A stretch of DNA of 64,000 nucleotides. Origin: Candidatus Bathyarchaeota archaeon. GTDB taxonomy: Archaea; Thermoproteota; Bathyarchaeia; TCS64. The stretch spans positions 224,001 to 288,000 of the forward strand of contig JBDRQD010000015.1 of the NCBI GenBank assembly GCA_043826455.1, in the 5' to 3' direction. The position numbers were made by a program, and so were the translations under genes. Positions 48,886-58,261 of the stretch are shown one piece after another. The notes under the pieces were generated by a model. It saw only the letters and a list, made by a program, of their open reading frames with translations, searched no databases and had not been told where the DNA came from. The stretch's first letter is position 1. Every line of letters begins with the position of its first letter.

Positions 48886-49683
48886 ATGAGGAACCTTGTT
48901 AAACGTAAGCTCAAGGCCGGCAAGCCGGCCCTGGGCACCTGGGTGACCATAGGCCACCCCGACGTCACCATGTACCTGGCCGACATGGGCTGGGACTGGC
49001 TGGTCTGCGACATGGAGCACAGCGCCTACGGGCCCGAGACCTACCACTTCATGGTCCAGGGGATGCTTTATGCCCGGGAGCGGTGTATGCCCATGGCTCG
49101 TATACCGTGGACGGACCTCATCTGGATCAAGAAGGTGATGGACGCCGGGGCAACCGGCATCGTTTCTCCTCGCATCGAGACGAAGGAGCAGGCCGAGGAG
49201 ATGGTCAGGCTCATGAAGTACCCGCCCTGGGGCGAACGCGGGGCCGGGCCTAGGCTCGCAGCGTTCCGGGACCCTGACTACTTCAAGACGGCCAACGAGG
49301 AGACCCTGTGTGTGGTGATGATCGAGACGGCGAAGGGTGTGGAGAACATCCACGACATCTTCAGCGTGGAGGGCGTGGACGCCTGCTTCGTGGGGCCCAG
49401 CGACTTGAGCCTGGACATGGGCATCCACAACCAGTACACAAACCCATTGTTCCTGAAGACCCTTGACAGGATAGTGGAGGCCGGCCGAGACCAGGGCGTG
49501 GCGCCGGGGATGCACTGCTTCACCACGCCTGGGCCAACGAACATCAACGAGGCCCTGAGCCGAGGCTTCCTGTTCTGCGCCGTTAACAGCGATACAGCCT
49601 ACATCCGGAACGGAGTCAACTCTGCGATCAGCTCCATCAAGGGCTGGAAGCCCGGAGAGACAGGGGACGAAGTCGCCCTCTAA
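48886..49683 (+). CDS. HpcH/HpaI aldolase family protein
   Basis: DMEH, DAGA.G, YPP.GERG, MIET, FVGP.DLS. Confidence 0.9.
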   Translation: MRNLVKRKLKAGKPALGTWVTIGHPDVTMYLADMGWDWLVCDMEHSAYGPETYHFMVQGMLYARERCMPMARIPWTDLIWIKKVMDAGATGIVSPRIETKEQAEEMVRLMKYPPWGERGAGPRLAAFRDPDYFKTANEETLCVVMIETAKGVENIHDIFSVEGVDACFVGPSDLSLDMGIHNQYTNPLFLKTLDRIVEAGRDQGVAPGMHCFTTPGPTNINEALSRGFLFCAVNSDTAYIRNGVNSAISSIKGWKPGETGDEVAL

Positions 49684-51310
49684 ATATTTTTATCAGGTAC
49701 AGTCCGATGGCTGCGAGTATCGCAGGCAGGGTGTAGAGGCCGTACTCGTAGTTCCGTGTGAGGTTGACTGTGATGGGTGTGTCTGTCGTGAGCCCCACGT
49801 CGAGCTCCACGGAGGATCGGCCCTCCCCGACGCGCAGCCTAAGGGTGTCTGTGACGTTGTTCACCTGAATCACCTTTGGAGTGCTGGGAGTTTTGGGAGG
49901 GATCACAAAGAAAACGCTGGCGTACCTTATGGGGATGATCGCTGATCCATCCTCATCGGTCTCGCCGCTCCAGAGCGTCTGGTTCCCCCTGAGCAGAGTC
50001 AACTTCGCACCTTCCTTCGGCGCATAATCCTCTGTGACCCTGACATTGTAGAGGCGGGTGATCAGAGCATACAGGTCAACGGTCGTCTGGTTGATCTGAA
50101 ATCCGGGGCTGAAATGAATATCACCTGTGATCAAGGCGCCTCCGGAGTCGCCCCACACGCCGTACCTGAAGCCCATGGAGTCCCTGATGGTCACGTTGCT
50201 GAACCTGTAGTAGATGGGGACGGTGTTCCCGAATCCGGGTGTAAAAGAGCCGATAACGCTGTCACTAACATTTATACCTGCAGTTAGCGCCCAGTGATTT
50301 TCTATCCTGAGAGTTTCTATGGTGCACTCCGTTACTTCTAGGCATACGTTGTAGAACTCGAGGTCCATCACTCCGATCTGGGAGCGGCTTGTCTTCAAAT
50401 TGAGGTTGCTTCCTATTCCGGTGCTCAGAACCTGCTTTATTGCGCTTCTATCGACCGACACATATACGCCTTCTCCGTACACGTAGAGTCTGTTAATGCC
50501 CGAGTTTCTCACGGTAAGGCGGGTGCCGTTGTAGACGAGGACGTACGCCAGCTGGGAGTCCACAAACGTGATGTCCGAGTCGATGAGGTTGACCCACAGC
50601 TCCTTGATGTGCACGTTACGGAACACTGTCTTGGAACCGGGGATCACGGAACCCCCATCTGCGTTTTTTAAATCTTCCTTTGCGAGCGACAGGCTTCCAT
50701 TGAAGCCTTCAATGGTCTCCCAGTAGACGTCAACCGTGGAGTCGATGATGGTTACCTCCTGGCCGTATGGTTCCAAGCCATATGGTCTCACTGTGGTGAC
50801 CGTGGAGCCCGTGATCTCTGCTTTCGCCCTATCCTTTGTCATTACGCTGCCTATTTTGCAGTCATATAATCTCAACTGGGAGTCCTGGTAGGCGTAGACG
50901 CCACCGCCCGTGTGATTATAACCGTGGATTGTACAATACCACGATCTGTAGAGAGTAGAGTCCGTTGCAGTCAGCCTCGCGGAATCATAGACCTGTATCT
51001 CGACTCTGTATCTCACGTTGCTCAGAACAATGGTCGAGTTCCCCTCGGCCTTGAAAACATGCCACAGCTCCTCGTCAGTGTCGATGAACCTTATGTTCAC
51101 GTTCTCGAGCCTGAGCGTGGCGTTATCCCTCACGTAGATGCCGCCGGTAACCTCCAGAACGCAGTCACTGATGACGGAGGTCTCGTCGCCCGCCAGGATC
51201 AGGTCGCCCTCGTGTCTCAGTACCTCGGCGCAGTAACCCTGATCCAGCTGGGATAACGGGGTGAGTAGGAGAGCCGTGAGTAAGGTCAGGCGCAGAAGTG
51301 TCCTCGTCAA
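49637..51310 (-). CDS. Secreted, C-terminally anchored beta-helix-like surface protein
   Basis: Signal-peptide-like N-terminus, repeated short beta motifs (…I.DS.I…), C-terminal TM helix plus basic tail. Confidence 0.65.
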   Translation of the reverse strand: MTRTLLRLTLLTALLLTPLSQLDQGYCAEVLRHEGDLILAGDETSVISDCVLEVTGGIYVRDNATLRLENVNIRFIDTDEELWHVFKAEGNSTIVLSNVRYRVEIQVYDSARLTATDSTLYRSWYCTIHGYNHTGGGVYAYQDSQLRLYDCKIGSVMTKDRAKAEITGSTVTTVRPYGLEPYGQEVTIIDSTVDVYWETIEGFNGSLSLAKEDLKNADGGSVIPGSKTVFRNVHIKELWVNLIDSDITFVDSQLAYVLVYNGTRLTVRNSGINRLYVYGEGVYVSVDRSAIKQVLSTGIGSNLNLKTSRSQIGVMDLEFYNVCLEVTECTIETLRIENHWALTAGINVSDSVIGSFTPGFGNTVPIYYRFSNVTIRDSMGFRYGVWGDSGGALITGDIHFSPGFQINQTTVDLYALITRLYNVRVTEDYAPKEGAKLTLLRGNQTLWSGETDEDGSAIIPIRYASVFFVIPPKTPSTPKVIQVNNVTDTLRLRVGEGRSSVELDVGLTTDTPITVNLTRNYEYGLYTLPAILAAIGLYLIKIFRGRLRPLSLRASSP

Positions 51311-51360
51311 CCCGCACCAGTTTACATATACATTGATTAGTGATAAAAGTCTATTGAAGC

Positions 51361-51675
51361 TTAAGGCTCATGCGGCGGCTGAACTATCTCCAGCCTCCTC
51401 CCCTCTGTAAGGGCCTGAGCCACCTTCATCCTGCCGCCATGAAGGAGCCGCCACACGGTCCCCCGGCTCACACCCATGCCCTCTCCCGCCTCCTCCTGGG
51501 ACAGGTTCTCCAGGTCCACTAGGCGTAAAGCCTCGAGCTCCGCGAACTCCAGGTATACGGGGTCGCCTGTCCCCTTGGGCTCAGGCTGGAAGGCTGTGGC
51601 TGTGGGCGGTTTGCCCACTTTAACGGGTAGTGGAAGCCTTCCGTGTCTGCCACGTCTCCTCCTTCCACGCATCAT
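51361..51675 (-). CDS. DUF134 family HTH protein
   Basis: ELEALRLVDLE.L.QEEAG..MGVSRGTVWR...R.KVA.AL..G. Confidence 0.9.
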   Translation of the reverse strand: MMRGRRRRGRHGRLPLPVKVGKPPTATAFQPEPKGTGDPVYLEFAELEALRLVDLENLSQEEAGEGMGVSRGTVWRLLHGGRMKVAQALTEGRRLEIVQPPHEP

Positions 51676-51684
51676 GCGTTATTC

Positions 51685-51750
51685 TGTGCATTGGCACAAT
51701 ATTTATATATTTCTGTGCATATGAACACAATGAAAATGTGCATAAGCACA
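51685..51750. promoter_or_regulatory. Three palindromic TGTGC-N4-GCACA operator-like sites flanking a TATA box
   Basis: Sites at 51685-51698, 51714-51727 (one mismatch) and 51737-51750. TTTATATA at 51702-51709. Confidence 0.65.
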
Positions 51751-51770
51751 GAAAACGAAGAGGTGAAAAG

Positions 51771-52130
51771 ATGAGACAAGGAAGACGCGGAAGATACCCC
51801 GGAAACGGGCCCTTCAGTGACCTGCCCCCGCAGCAGAGACCGGGATGGGTATACGGCTACGGCCGCGGATACGGCCTAGGCTATGGTAGAGCATACTACG
51901 CTGGTGACCCCAGCAAGTGCGCCCGGTTCCCATGGCTACCCCGCTGGTGGTGGACGAACCCCGACTACCAAGGAACAGTCCCAGTGGAACCAGCCACAGG
52001 GGATGACCCCACGGCACCCGTGGCCCCGGATGAGCGAGCGTTCCTGCAGGACCAGATGAAGTACCTGGACCAGGAACTCGCAGGCATCAGGAAGCGCCTG
52101 GACGAGCTAGGGTCCGAGGAAACAGCTTAG
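51771..52130 (+). CDS. DUF5320-like protein (Gly/Arg/Tyr-rich N-terminus, C-terminal coiled coil)
   Basis: GNGPF..LPP.QRPGW, GYGRGYG, C-terminal E..FL..Q...L..EL..IRKRL.EL. AGGTGA RBS. Confidence 0.75.
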   Translation: MRQGRRGRYPGNGPFSDLPPQQRPGWVYGYGRGYGLGYGRAYYAGDPSKCARFPWLPRWWWTNPDYQGTVPVEPATGDDPTAPVAPDERAFLQDQMKYLDQELAGIRKRLDELGSEETA

Positions 52131-52158
52131 TACCCTAAACCCGTTTTTGGTGATCAAG

Positions 52159-52491
52159 ATGAAGATAGCGGTACCCACCGAGGGAGACAAAGGACTACGG
52201 GACAAGGTGGCCGATACCTTCTCACGTGCGCCTTACTTCACATTAGTAACAGTTGAAAATGGGATTATCACCGGTAAGAAGGTGATCCAGAACAAGGCGT
52301 CAGAGGTGAAGCAGGGGGCGGGGCCGCTGGCTGCGCGCACCCTGAAAGATAACGGCGTCAACGTGCTCCTGTCAGGCGAGATAGGTCCTGGCGCCACAAG
52401 CATCCTAGAGACCCTCGGGATAAAAATTGGCAGCGCCTCTCAGAATGAGAAAGTGAGGGACGCCGTGGAGAGATACCTGGCTCAGCTATAG
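52159..52491 (+). CDS. NifB/NifX family FeMo-cofactor-binding-like protein
   Basis: MKIAVP..., FSRAPYF, GAG, IGPGA. GGTGAT RBS. Confidence 0.85.
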   Translation: MKIAVPTEGDKGLRDKVADTFSRAPYFTLVTVENGIITGKKVIQNKASEVKQGAGPLAARTLKDNGVNVLLSGEIGPGATSILETLGIKIGSASQNEKVRDAVERYLAQL

Positions 52492-53349
52492 GCCTAGGAA
52501 CGAGCTGAACTCGTCCCAAACCTCCCGTATGGCGAGAGATGCCGGCGAGTCAGGGCTGAAAACGACCACTGGTTTAGTCTGTACCATGGCCTGGGTGACG
52601 TTCTCATCGAAGGGAATCATGCCCAGTACGGGTATCTCGTGCTCCTCGCAGAAGCCTCTGATGGACGCCGTGTTCTCTAAGTTGAGGTCGTACTTGTTGA
52701 TTATCACACCAGGTGTTATCTCAAAGTGCTCCAGCAGCTGAAGCGCCCTCTTCAGGTCATGTATCCCGCTCAGCGTGGGCTCAACTACGGCGACAGCTGC
52801 GTCGACGTTGCTGAGGCTGGCGATGACCGGGCACCCGATACCAGGAGAGCCGTCCACGAGCACGAGTTCCCTGCCAGTCTTCTCGGCGAGCTTGGTGGCG
52901 TTCTGACGCACCAGGGTCACAAGTTTGCCGCTGTTCTCCATGCCGGGGGTGAGGCGCGCGTGGCTCATGGGGCCGTACACTGTCTCACTCAGATAAGCGT
53001 GCCCGCAGACGCGTTCATTGAAGCTTATCGCCTCAACGGGGCAGTTAACGACGCACACCTTGCAGCCCTCACAGTGGATGGGATCCACGGTGTACTCGTG
53101 GATCGCATTGAACCTGCACAGCTGCAAGCAGAGTCCGCACCTGGTGCACTTCTTCGAGTCGATCTCAGCCAGGTTTAGGCCCTTGAACTCTACGGTCTCC
53201 TTTATCTTCGGGTTGAGTATCAGGTGCAGGTTACTTGCGTCCACATCACAGTCGGCTAGGACGGGCTCCTCCGCCAAGGCCGCGAAGCTCCCCGTGATGG
53301 TGGTCTTGCCGGTCCCGCCTTTGCCGCTGAGGATCGTTACCTGCTTCAC
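52486..53349 (-). CDS. MinD-type P-loop ATPase with inserted 2x[4Fe-4S] ferredoxin domain
   Basis: SGKGGTGKT, DCDVD, two CxxCxxCxxxC motifs, DGSPGIGCP. Confidence 0.9.
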   Translation of the reverse strand: MKQVTILSGKGGTGKTTITGSFAALAEEPVLADCDVDASNLHLILNPKIKETVEFKGLNLAEIDSKKCTRCGLCLQLCRFNAIHEYTVDPIHCEGCKVCVVNCPVEAISFNERVCGHAYLSETVYGPMSHARLTPGMENSGKLVTLVRQNATKLAEKTGRELVLVDGSPGIGCPVIASLSNVDAAVAVVEPTLSGIHDLKRALQLLEHFEITPGVIINKYDLNLENTASIRGFCEEHEIPVLGMIPFDENVTQAMVQTKPVVVFSPDSPASLAIREVWDEFSSFLGL

Positions 53350-54179
53350 CTTATCATCTCCTCCACCGTTTCCAGGAGCTCACGGAACCTGCTGCGCCAC
53401 TCAGTCATCTCAACGGTGAAGGGAACCCCCCTGCTGTACAGCTCCGCGATGCGCCTGTCATATGGTATCTCCATGATTATTGGCATCCCTTCGCGTTCAC
53501 AGAACCTGTACACGCCTCGGTCGCCGACTCCTGCGAAGTTCACTACAACGCCCAGTGGGACACCAAGCCGTTTCACCACCTCGGTCGCTACCTGGAGGTC
53601 GTGGAGCCCGAAGGGTGTGGGCTCGGTGACCATGAGACAGAAGTCGGCTCCGTGCACGGTCTCCACGAGCGGACACGCGGAGCCCGGCGCCGCGTCCAGG
53701 ACAACCAGGCCATCGTCTTCCGCGTGCTCCTTAACGGCGGATATCACGGGCACCGCCAACGCTTCACCTACGTTAAGCTCACCGTAGACGAGGCCCATCC
53801 CATGGTACTCTCCAAGGGTTATCGTCCCTATCTGTCTGGGTTTCTCGGTTATCGCGCCCTCAGGGCAAACCAGTTTGCACCCACCGCAGCTGTGGCAAAG
53901 CTCGGGGAAGACCATTGCGGCCTCACCCGCCACGAACAGGGCGTTGTACTGACAGAACTCTGCGCACCTTCGACAGTAGATGCACTTCTCTTCATCGATC
54001 TCCGGGACCAGCAGCTCCACCGGCTTCCTCCTTGGGTTCTCCGGCTTGAGGAATATGTGGACGTTGGGCTCCTCGACGTCGCAGTCTATTATCTGTCTGG
54101 CGCCTGCGCTAAGCGCCAGGTTGACTGCTACGCTGGTCTTACCGGTACCGCCTTTACCGCTTGCAACCACTATCTTCAT
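53346..54179 (-). CDS. MinD-type P-loop ATPase with inserted 2x[4Fe-4S] ferredoxin domain
   Basis: SGKGGTGKT, DCDVEEPN, two CxxCxxCxxxC motifs, TEPTPFGLHDL. Confidence 0.9.
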   Translation of the reverse strand: MKIVVASGKGGTGKTSVAVNLALSAGARQIIDCDVEEPNVHIFLKPENPRRKPVELLVPEIDEEKCIYCRRCAEFCQYNALFVAGEAAMVFPELCHSCGGCKLVCPEGAITEKPRQIGTITLGEYHGMGLVYGELNVGEALAVPVISAVKEHAEDDGLVVLDAAPGSACPLVETVHGADFCLMVTEPTPFGLHDLQVATEVVKRLGVPLGVVVNFAGVGDRGVYRFCEREGMPIIMEIPYDRRIAELYSRGVPFTVEMTEWRSRFRELLETVEEMIR

Positions 54180-54185
54180 ATCGGC

Positions 54186-54554
54186 TCAGCTGTCATGGTG
54201 CTCCGCGTGGAGGCAACCCTGGGTGAGCTCCTGCAGCTCGCCGCGGATGAAAGCCTCCACGTTCTCCAAGCTTCTTGGACTGGTTCCCTGCAGTACAGCT
54301 ATGTCAAAGTCCTGAAACATCTGGATGGCCTTTATACCCATCCCCGAGGAGACCACAACCTCTCCTCCGAGGCTCCTGATCTTCTCGGGCGGACTACCCG
54401 TACCCCCGAAGTGTTCACTGTCGTTGGGCACAACGCCGCTTTCCATGACCTGACCGGACTCCACGACATACCACGCGAAATAAGGCGCACGCCCAAAGTG
54501 GGCTGAAAGGGTTTCACCTGTTCTATCTGCGACTGGTATCACTATCTTAACCAT
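54186..54554 (-). CDS. NifB/NifX family protein
   Basis: HFGRAPYF, GMG.KA, His-rich C-terminus. Confidence 0.85.
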   Translation of the reverse strand: MVKIVIPVADRTGETLSAHFGRAPYFAWYVVESGQVMESGVVPNDSEHFGGTGSPPEKIRSLGGEVVVSSGMGIKAIQMFQDFDIAVLQGTSPRSLENVEAFIRGELQELTQGCLHAEHHDS

Positions 54555-54560
54555 GTTTCT

Positions 54561-54977
54561 TCACTCCATGCCTCTTCGTTTACCTTGGCCCATGCCTCCG
54601 CCCTTGCCTCGGCCTCCTTGGCCGAAGTGGCCACCAACCGTCGGAGATGATGCTTCTCTCAGCTCTCCACGTTTGAACGCCTCTACAGTCTGGCGTACCG
54701 TTCCTGAAGCCCCAATGTATGTCTTTACACCTGCCTGACTCAAAGCCATGTGTGCGTTGGGGCCTACGTGGCCAGTTAGGACGGCTTTGACGCCTGCGCC
54801 TGCCACCGCCTGGGACGCGCCGATGCCTGCGCCGTGGGCTGCCCCGATGCTGCTGTTAGGCATAGCCTCGGCCTGCATGGTCTCGGTGTCTACGACGATG
54901 AAGGTGCTGCACCTTCCGAACCTCGGGTCCACCTGTGAGTCTAACTCGTTCCCTGTTGAACTTACCGCTACTTTCAA
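54561..54977 (-). CDS. NifB/NifX family protein with Gly-rich tail (orange-protein-like)
   Basis: DPRFGRC..F, HGAGI, GHVGPNA, Gly/Arg-rich tail. Confidence 0.87.
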   Translation of the reverse strand: MKVAVSSTGNELDSQVDPRFGRCSTFIVVDTETMQAEAMPNSSIGAAHGAGIGASQAVAGAGVKAVLTGHVGPNAHMALSQAGVKTYIGASGTVRQTVEAFKRGELREASSPTVGGHFGQGGRGKGGGMGQGKRRGME

Positions 54978-55813
54978 TCTTCTTTCACCTTTTTCTCGAT
55001 CTTTTGCACGATCTTCCTGAACGCCTTGGCTGCCGGGGAGTCGGGGTGCCTGACTATGAAGGGTGTTCCCTCGTCGCTGTCAGTTGATATCCGGGGGTCC
55101 ATGGGTATGCTTCCCAGGAGCTCTACCTCCATCTCCTCCGCCACTCTTGCGCCCCCGTCTCCGCCGAAGACCTCCACGAGCTCCCCGCAGTGGGGGCACA
55201 CCATGCCGCTCATGTTCTCCACCAGCCCGAAGATGGGTACCTCCATCTTCCGGGCGAAGGTGATGGCCTTCTTGACCACGGACTGGCTCACCTCGCTTGG
55301 GATGGTGACTATTACCACGCCGTCCATGTCGGGGAGAAGCTGCAGTATGCTGAGGCTCTCGTCACCCGTGCCTGGTGGCAGGTCCACTAAAAGATAGTCT
55401 AGGTTGCCCCAGTTCACCTCTCCCAGGAACTGGCGGATCGCACTCATCTTCAAGGGACCCCTCCAGATGACCGGGGAGTCGTCGCTGGGGAGCAGGAAAT
55501 CCATGGACACCACCTTGATGCCCATGGGCCCCGTGGCGGGCCCTATTCCTGCGGGCCCCCCCTCCAATTTGCTGCCTTTGAGCCCCAGCATCTTCGGGAC
55601 GCATGGTCCTGTAAGGTCGGAGTCAAGTATAGCCACCTTTTTCTCTCCGGCTAATGCCGCCGCCAGGTTCACAGTGACTAGGCTCTTACCTACACCGCCT
55701 TTTCCGCTTATTACGGCTATCTTGTGTTTAACTCTGCTCATCCGCTGCTTGATGATCTCATCATCCTTGTTCTTCTTCTCCCACGGGTTTGTGGTATCCA
55801 TTTTCGTGGCCAA
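54974..55813 (-). CDS. Mrp/NBP35 (ApbC) Fe-S cluster carrier ATPase
   Basis: SGKGGVGKS, VIWRGP, DLPPGTGD, ENMS...CPHC. Confidence 0.93.
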   Translation of the reverse strand: MATKMDTTNPWEKKNKDDEIIKQRMSRVKHKIAVISGKGGVGKSLVTVNLAAALAGEKKVAILDSDLTGPCVPKMLGLKGSKLEGGPAGIGPATGPMGIKVVSMDFLLPSDDSPVIWRGPLKMSAIRQFLGEVNWGNLDYLLVDLPPGTGDESLSILQLLPDMDGVVIVTIPSEVSQSVVKKAITFARKMEVPIFGLVENMSGMVCPHCGELVEVFGGDGGARVAEEMEVELLGSIPMDPRISTDSDEGTPFIVRHPDSPAAKAFRKIVQKIEKKVKED

Positions 55814-55927
55814 GACACGTCACTTTAGGCTAGCTTAAATCGTATTTTCTTATCGCCACCAATAATAAATCTATCCCTAATCAGCGCACCAATTCGCAAC
55901 ATATTTAGGCATGCCTAACACCCTCAT

Positions 55928-56404
55928 ATGATCCCATTGGTCAAAATAGGTATAATAATCTGTGACCGTAACCGCACATGCACTGGAAACAAGTGCTTCA
56001 AGTCGATCATTGAGCGCGACGGCGCCTTCGCAAAATACCCGAAGGATGAGCCCATCGAGGTGGTGGGCTGGATGGCCTGCGGGGGATGCCCAGGGGAGCG
56101 CTTGGAATACGCGCCGGCTGACATGAAGAAGTATGGGGCCGAGGAGATATACCTGGCCAGCTGTTACATGGCCGGGTACCCAGTGTGCCCCTACATCGAG
56201 GACCATAAGAACTACATCGAGACGGTTGTGGGGCTGCCTGTGAAGGTGGGGACCCACCCCATGCCGGCTAACTACATCAAGGCTCACACCAAGATAGGGG
56301 ACTGGAAGCGGGACGCCGCCGACAAGTGGATGGGCCCTATCACAGGTGATAAGGCTGACGCGGACAAGTACGACTCAACCAACCCCAACTTCCTAAAAAA
56401 GTGA
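55928..56404 (+). CDS. CGGC domain protein
   Basis: KIGIIIC...C.G.KC, CGGCPG, LASC...YP.CP, GTHP. Confidence 0.88.
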   Translation: MIPLVKIGIIICDRNRTCTGNKCFKSIIERDGAFAKYPKDEPIEVVGWMACGGCPGERLEYAPADMKKYGAEEIYLASCYMAGYPVCPYIEDHKNYIETVVGLPVKVGTHPMPANYIKAHTKIGDWKRDAADKWMGPITGDKADADKYDSTNPNFLKK

Positions 56405-56439
56405 GGCCCTCTCCGAATCTCTTTAACGACGCCCCTTTT

Positions 56440-58173
56440 CTACATGAGCTCCAGGAGCTTCACCATCATGTCCGTCTCGGTGACCACGCCCAGCAGCCTC
56501 ATCTTATCCTTACTATCCACCACCCAGACGCATGTGTTGTCCCCCTCCATGAGCAGGTGGAGGGCGTCCTCTATGCTGTCCTCCTCCGTCAGCACCTCGG
56601 GGTGATCCAGGGGAAGCAGCCCTATCTCAAGCCTCTGCTTCTCCTCGGGGAAGGTGAGAAGGGTCTCCAGGTTGGTCTGGCCGATGATCTTGTTCCGCCT
56701 GATAACAGGGTACTCCCTGTTCCTGCAGCCCTGCACGGCCTCCAGGGCCTCCTTGATTCTCATGTTCTCCCTCAGGACCACGGGGTCAGGGATCATGACG
56801 TCCCTGATCTTAATCTCCCTGAACCGTTCCCAGTTCTCCCCCTTCTTGAGCAGGTGGTAGAGGACGTGGACGGCCTCCTCCTGCTCGCTGAACTCGTCAA
56901 CGGGCTGCACGTGCTCGTAGAAGCTGATGTCCCTGCTGATGAAATAGCTGGTGGCCGCCGCTACAAGCGTGAAAATGATGCTGCTGGGCCCCGCCGTCTC
57001 TGCCACGAAGGCGACGCTGGTGAGGAGGGTCTTGTTGGCCGCTGCGATTATAGACGCCATGGCCGCGGCGATGACCACCTCCTCGCCGGGAATAGGGAAG
57101 AATCTGATGTAGAGGGCCCCCAGGGCCGCCCCTATGAAGAGGCTGGGGACGAAGACGCCACCGCTGCCGCCGCTGTTCAGGGTCACGCTGGTGAGAAGCA
57201 TCTTAAAGATAATCAAGGCCAGCAGCAGCCACACAGACCAGCCGTGGCTCTCCCCCACCACGATGGCGTGGACTGTCTCGTACCCGACGCCCATGATCTG
57301 GGGCAGAAACAGGCCCACAGTCCCCACCATGGCGCCCCCCAGCACAGGGATGAGGATGGGGTGAACATGGATGCCCTCCTTCACCCTCTTTACCGCCTCG
57401 AAGGTCTTCACGAAGAGGGCCCCGAACACAGCCGTCACTATGCCGATGCCGAAGGCGTGGAGAAGCATCCAGGGTGTAGGCAGCTCAAACACGGGTATCA
57501 GCGGCAGAATGCTCTCAGTACCTAGGAAGTTTACGGCCACCAAGTATGCCGAGATGCTGGCCAGGGTCGCCGGTATGAAGGCCCTCCTGGACAGGTCCCT
57601 CTTGTAGGGTATCTCCAAGGCGAACATGATGCCCGTCAGAGGGGCCTTGAAGATGGCCGCCACCCCCGCCGCGGCGCCACTGATGAGGAACGTCTGTATC
57701 TGGCCCGGCTCCAGGTCCAGCCTCTGAGCTATTAGAGAGCCTATGCCGCCGCCCAGCAGGAGGCTGGGGCCCTCGAAGCCTGCGCTGCCCCCCAGGCCGA
57801 TGGTGATGGAGGAGGCCAGGGGCTCGAAGAGGGTGTCCCGGGCCGTCATGATGCCCCCCTCATAGTGGTAGGCCTCCAGGAGCCTGTGGCTGCCTCCGCC
57901 GCTCTGCTTGGTGGTGGCGTACCTGGTCACCACCACGTAGGCCACGGTGATGCCCACAACTGGAAGAATGACGGTGAAGACAACGCTGGTGTGGATGAGG
58001 GCCTCGAACAGCAGGTGCGAGTACTGGTAGAACTCGTGGACCACCACCGTGGAGAGCCCTATCACCAGGCCCATGGCTATGCTCACGGTGGCTAGCCTGA
58101 TATAGTCGTTGAGGAGGCCGGGTGAAAGATACTCCTCAGCAACGTCTCTAAGCCTGGCCACGTGCCTCAACAT
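56440..58173 (-). CDS. CLC chloride channel/antiporter with C-terminal CBS domains
   Basis: GGSAGFEGP, AAG.AA.F.APLTG..F..E, GGSGGVFVP, CBS pair. Confidence 0.92.
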   Translation of the reverse strand: MLRHVARLRDVAEEYLSPGLLNDYIRLATVSIAMGLVIGLSTVVVHEFYQYSHLLFEALIHTSVVFTVILPVVGITVAYVVVTRYATTKQSGGGSHRLLEAYHYEGGIMTARDTLFEPLASSITIGLGGSAGFEGPSLLLGGGIGSLIAQRLDLEPGQIQTFLISGAAAGVAAIFKAPLTGIMFALEIPYKRDLSRRAFIPATLASISAYLVAVNFLGTESILPLIPVFELPTPWMLLHAFGIGIVTAVFGALFVKTFEAVKRVKEGIHVHPILIPVLGGAMVGTVGLFLPQIMGVGYETVHAIVVGESHGWSVWLLLALIIFKMLLTSVTLNSGGSGGVFVPSLFIGAALGALYIRFFPIPGEEVVIAAAMASIIAAANKTLLTSVAFVAETAGPSSIIFTLVAAATSYFISRDISFYEHVQPVDEFSEQEEAVHVLYHLLKKGENWERFREIKIRDVMIPDPVVLRENMRIKEALEAVQGCRNREYPVIRRNKIIGQTNLETLLTFPEEKQRLEIGLLPLDHPEVLTEEDSIEDALHLLMEGDNTCVWVVDSKDKMRLLGVVTETDMMVKLLELM

Positions 58174-58261
58174 AAACCGCCAAATATACGAGGTATTGAA
58201 TAACCTTTTTCCCTCAGCCTAGCCTAAAATCACAACATTTTAGACCAACAAACACACCGAT

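Noticed and set aside
52159..54977. Nitrogen fixation implied by NifB/NifX-domain genes
   Set aside because: No nifH/D/K in the window. These stand-alone domains are typical of ORP-like clusters.
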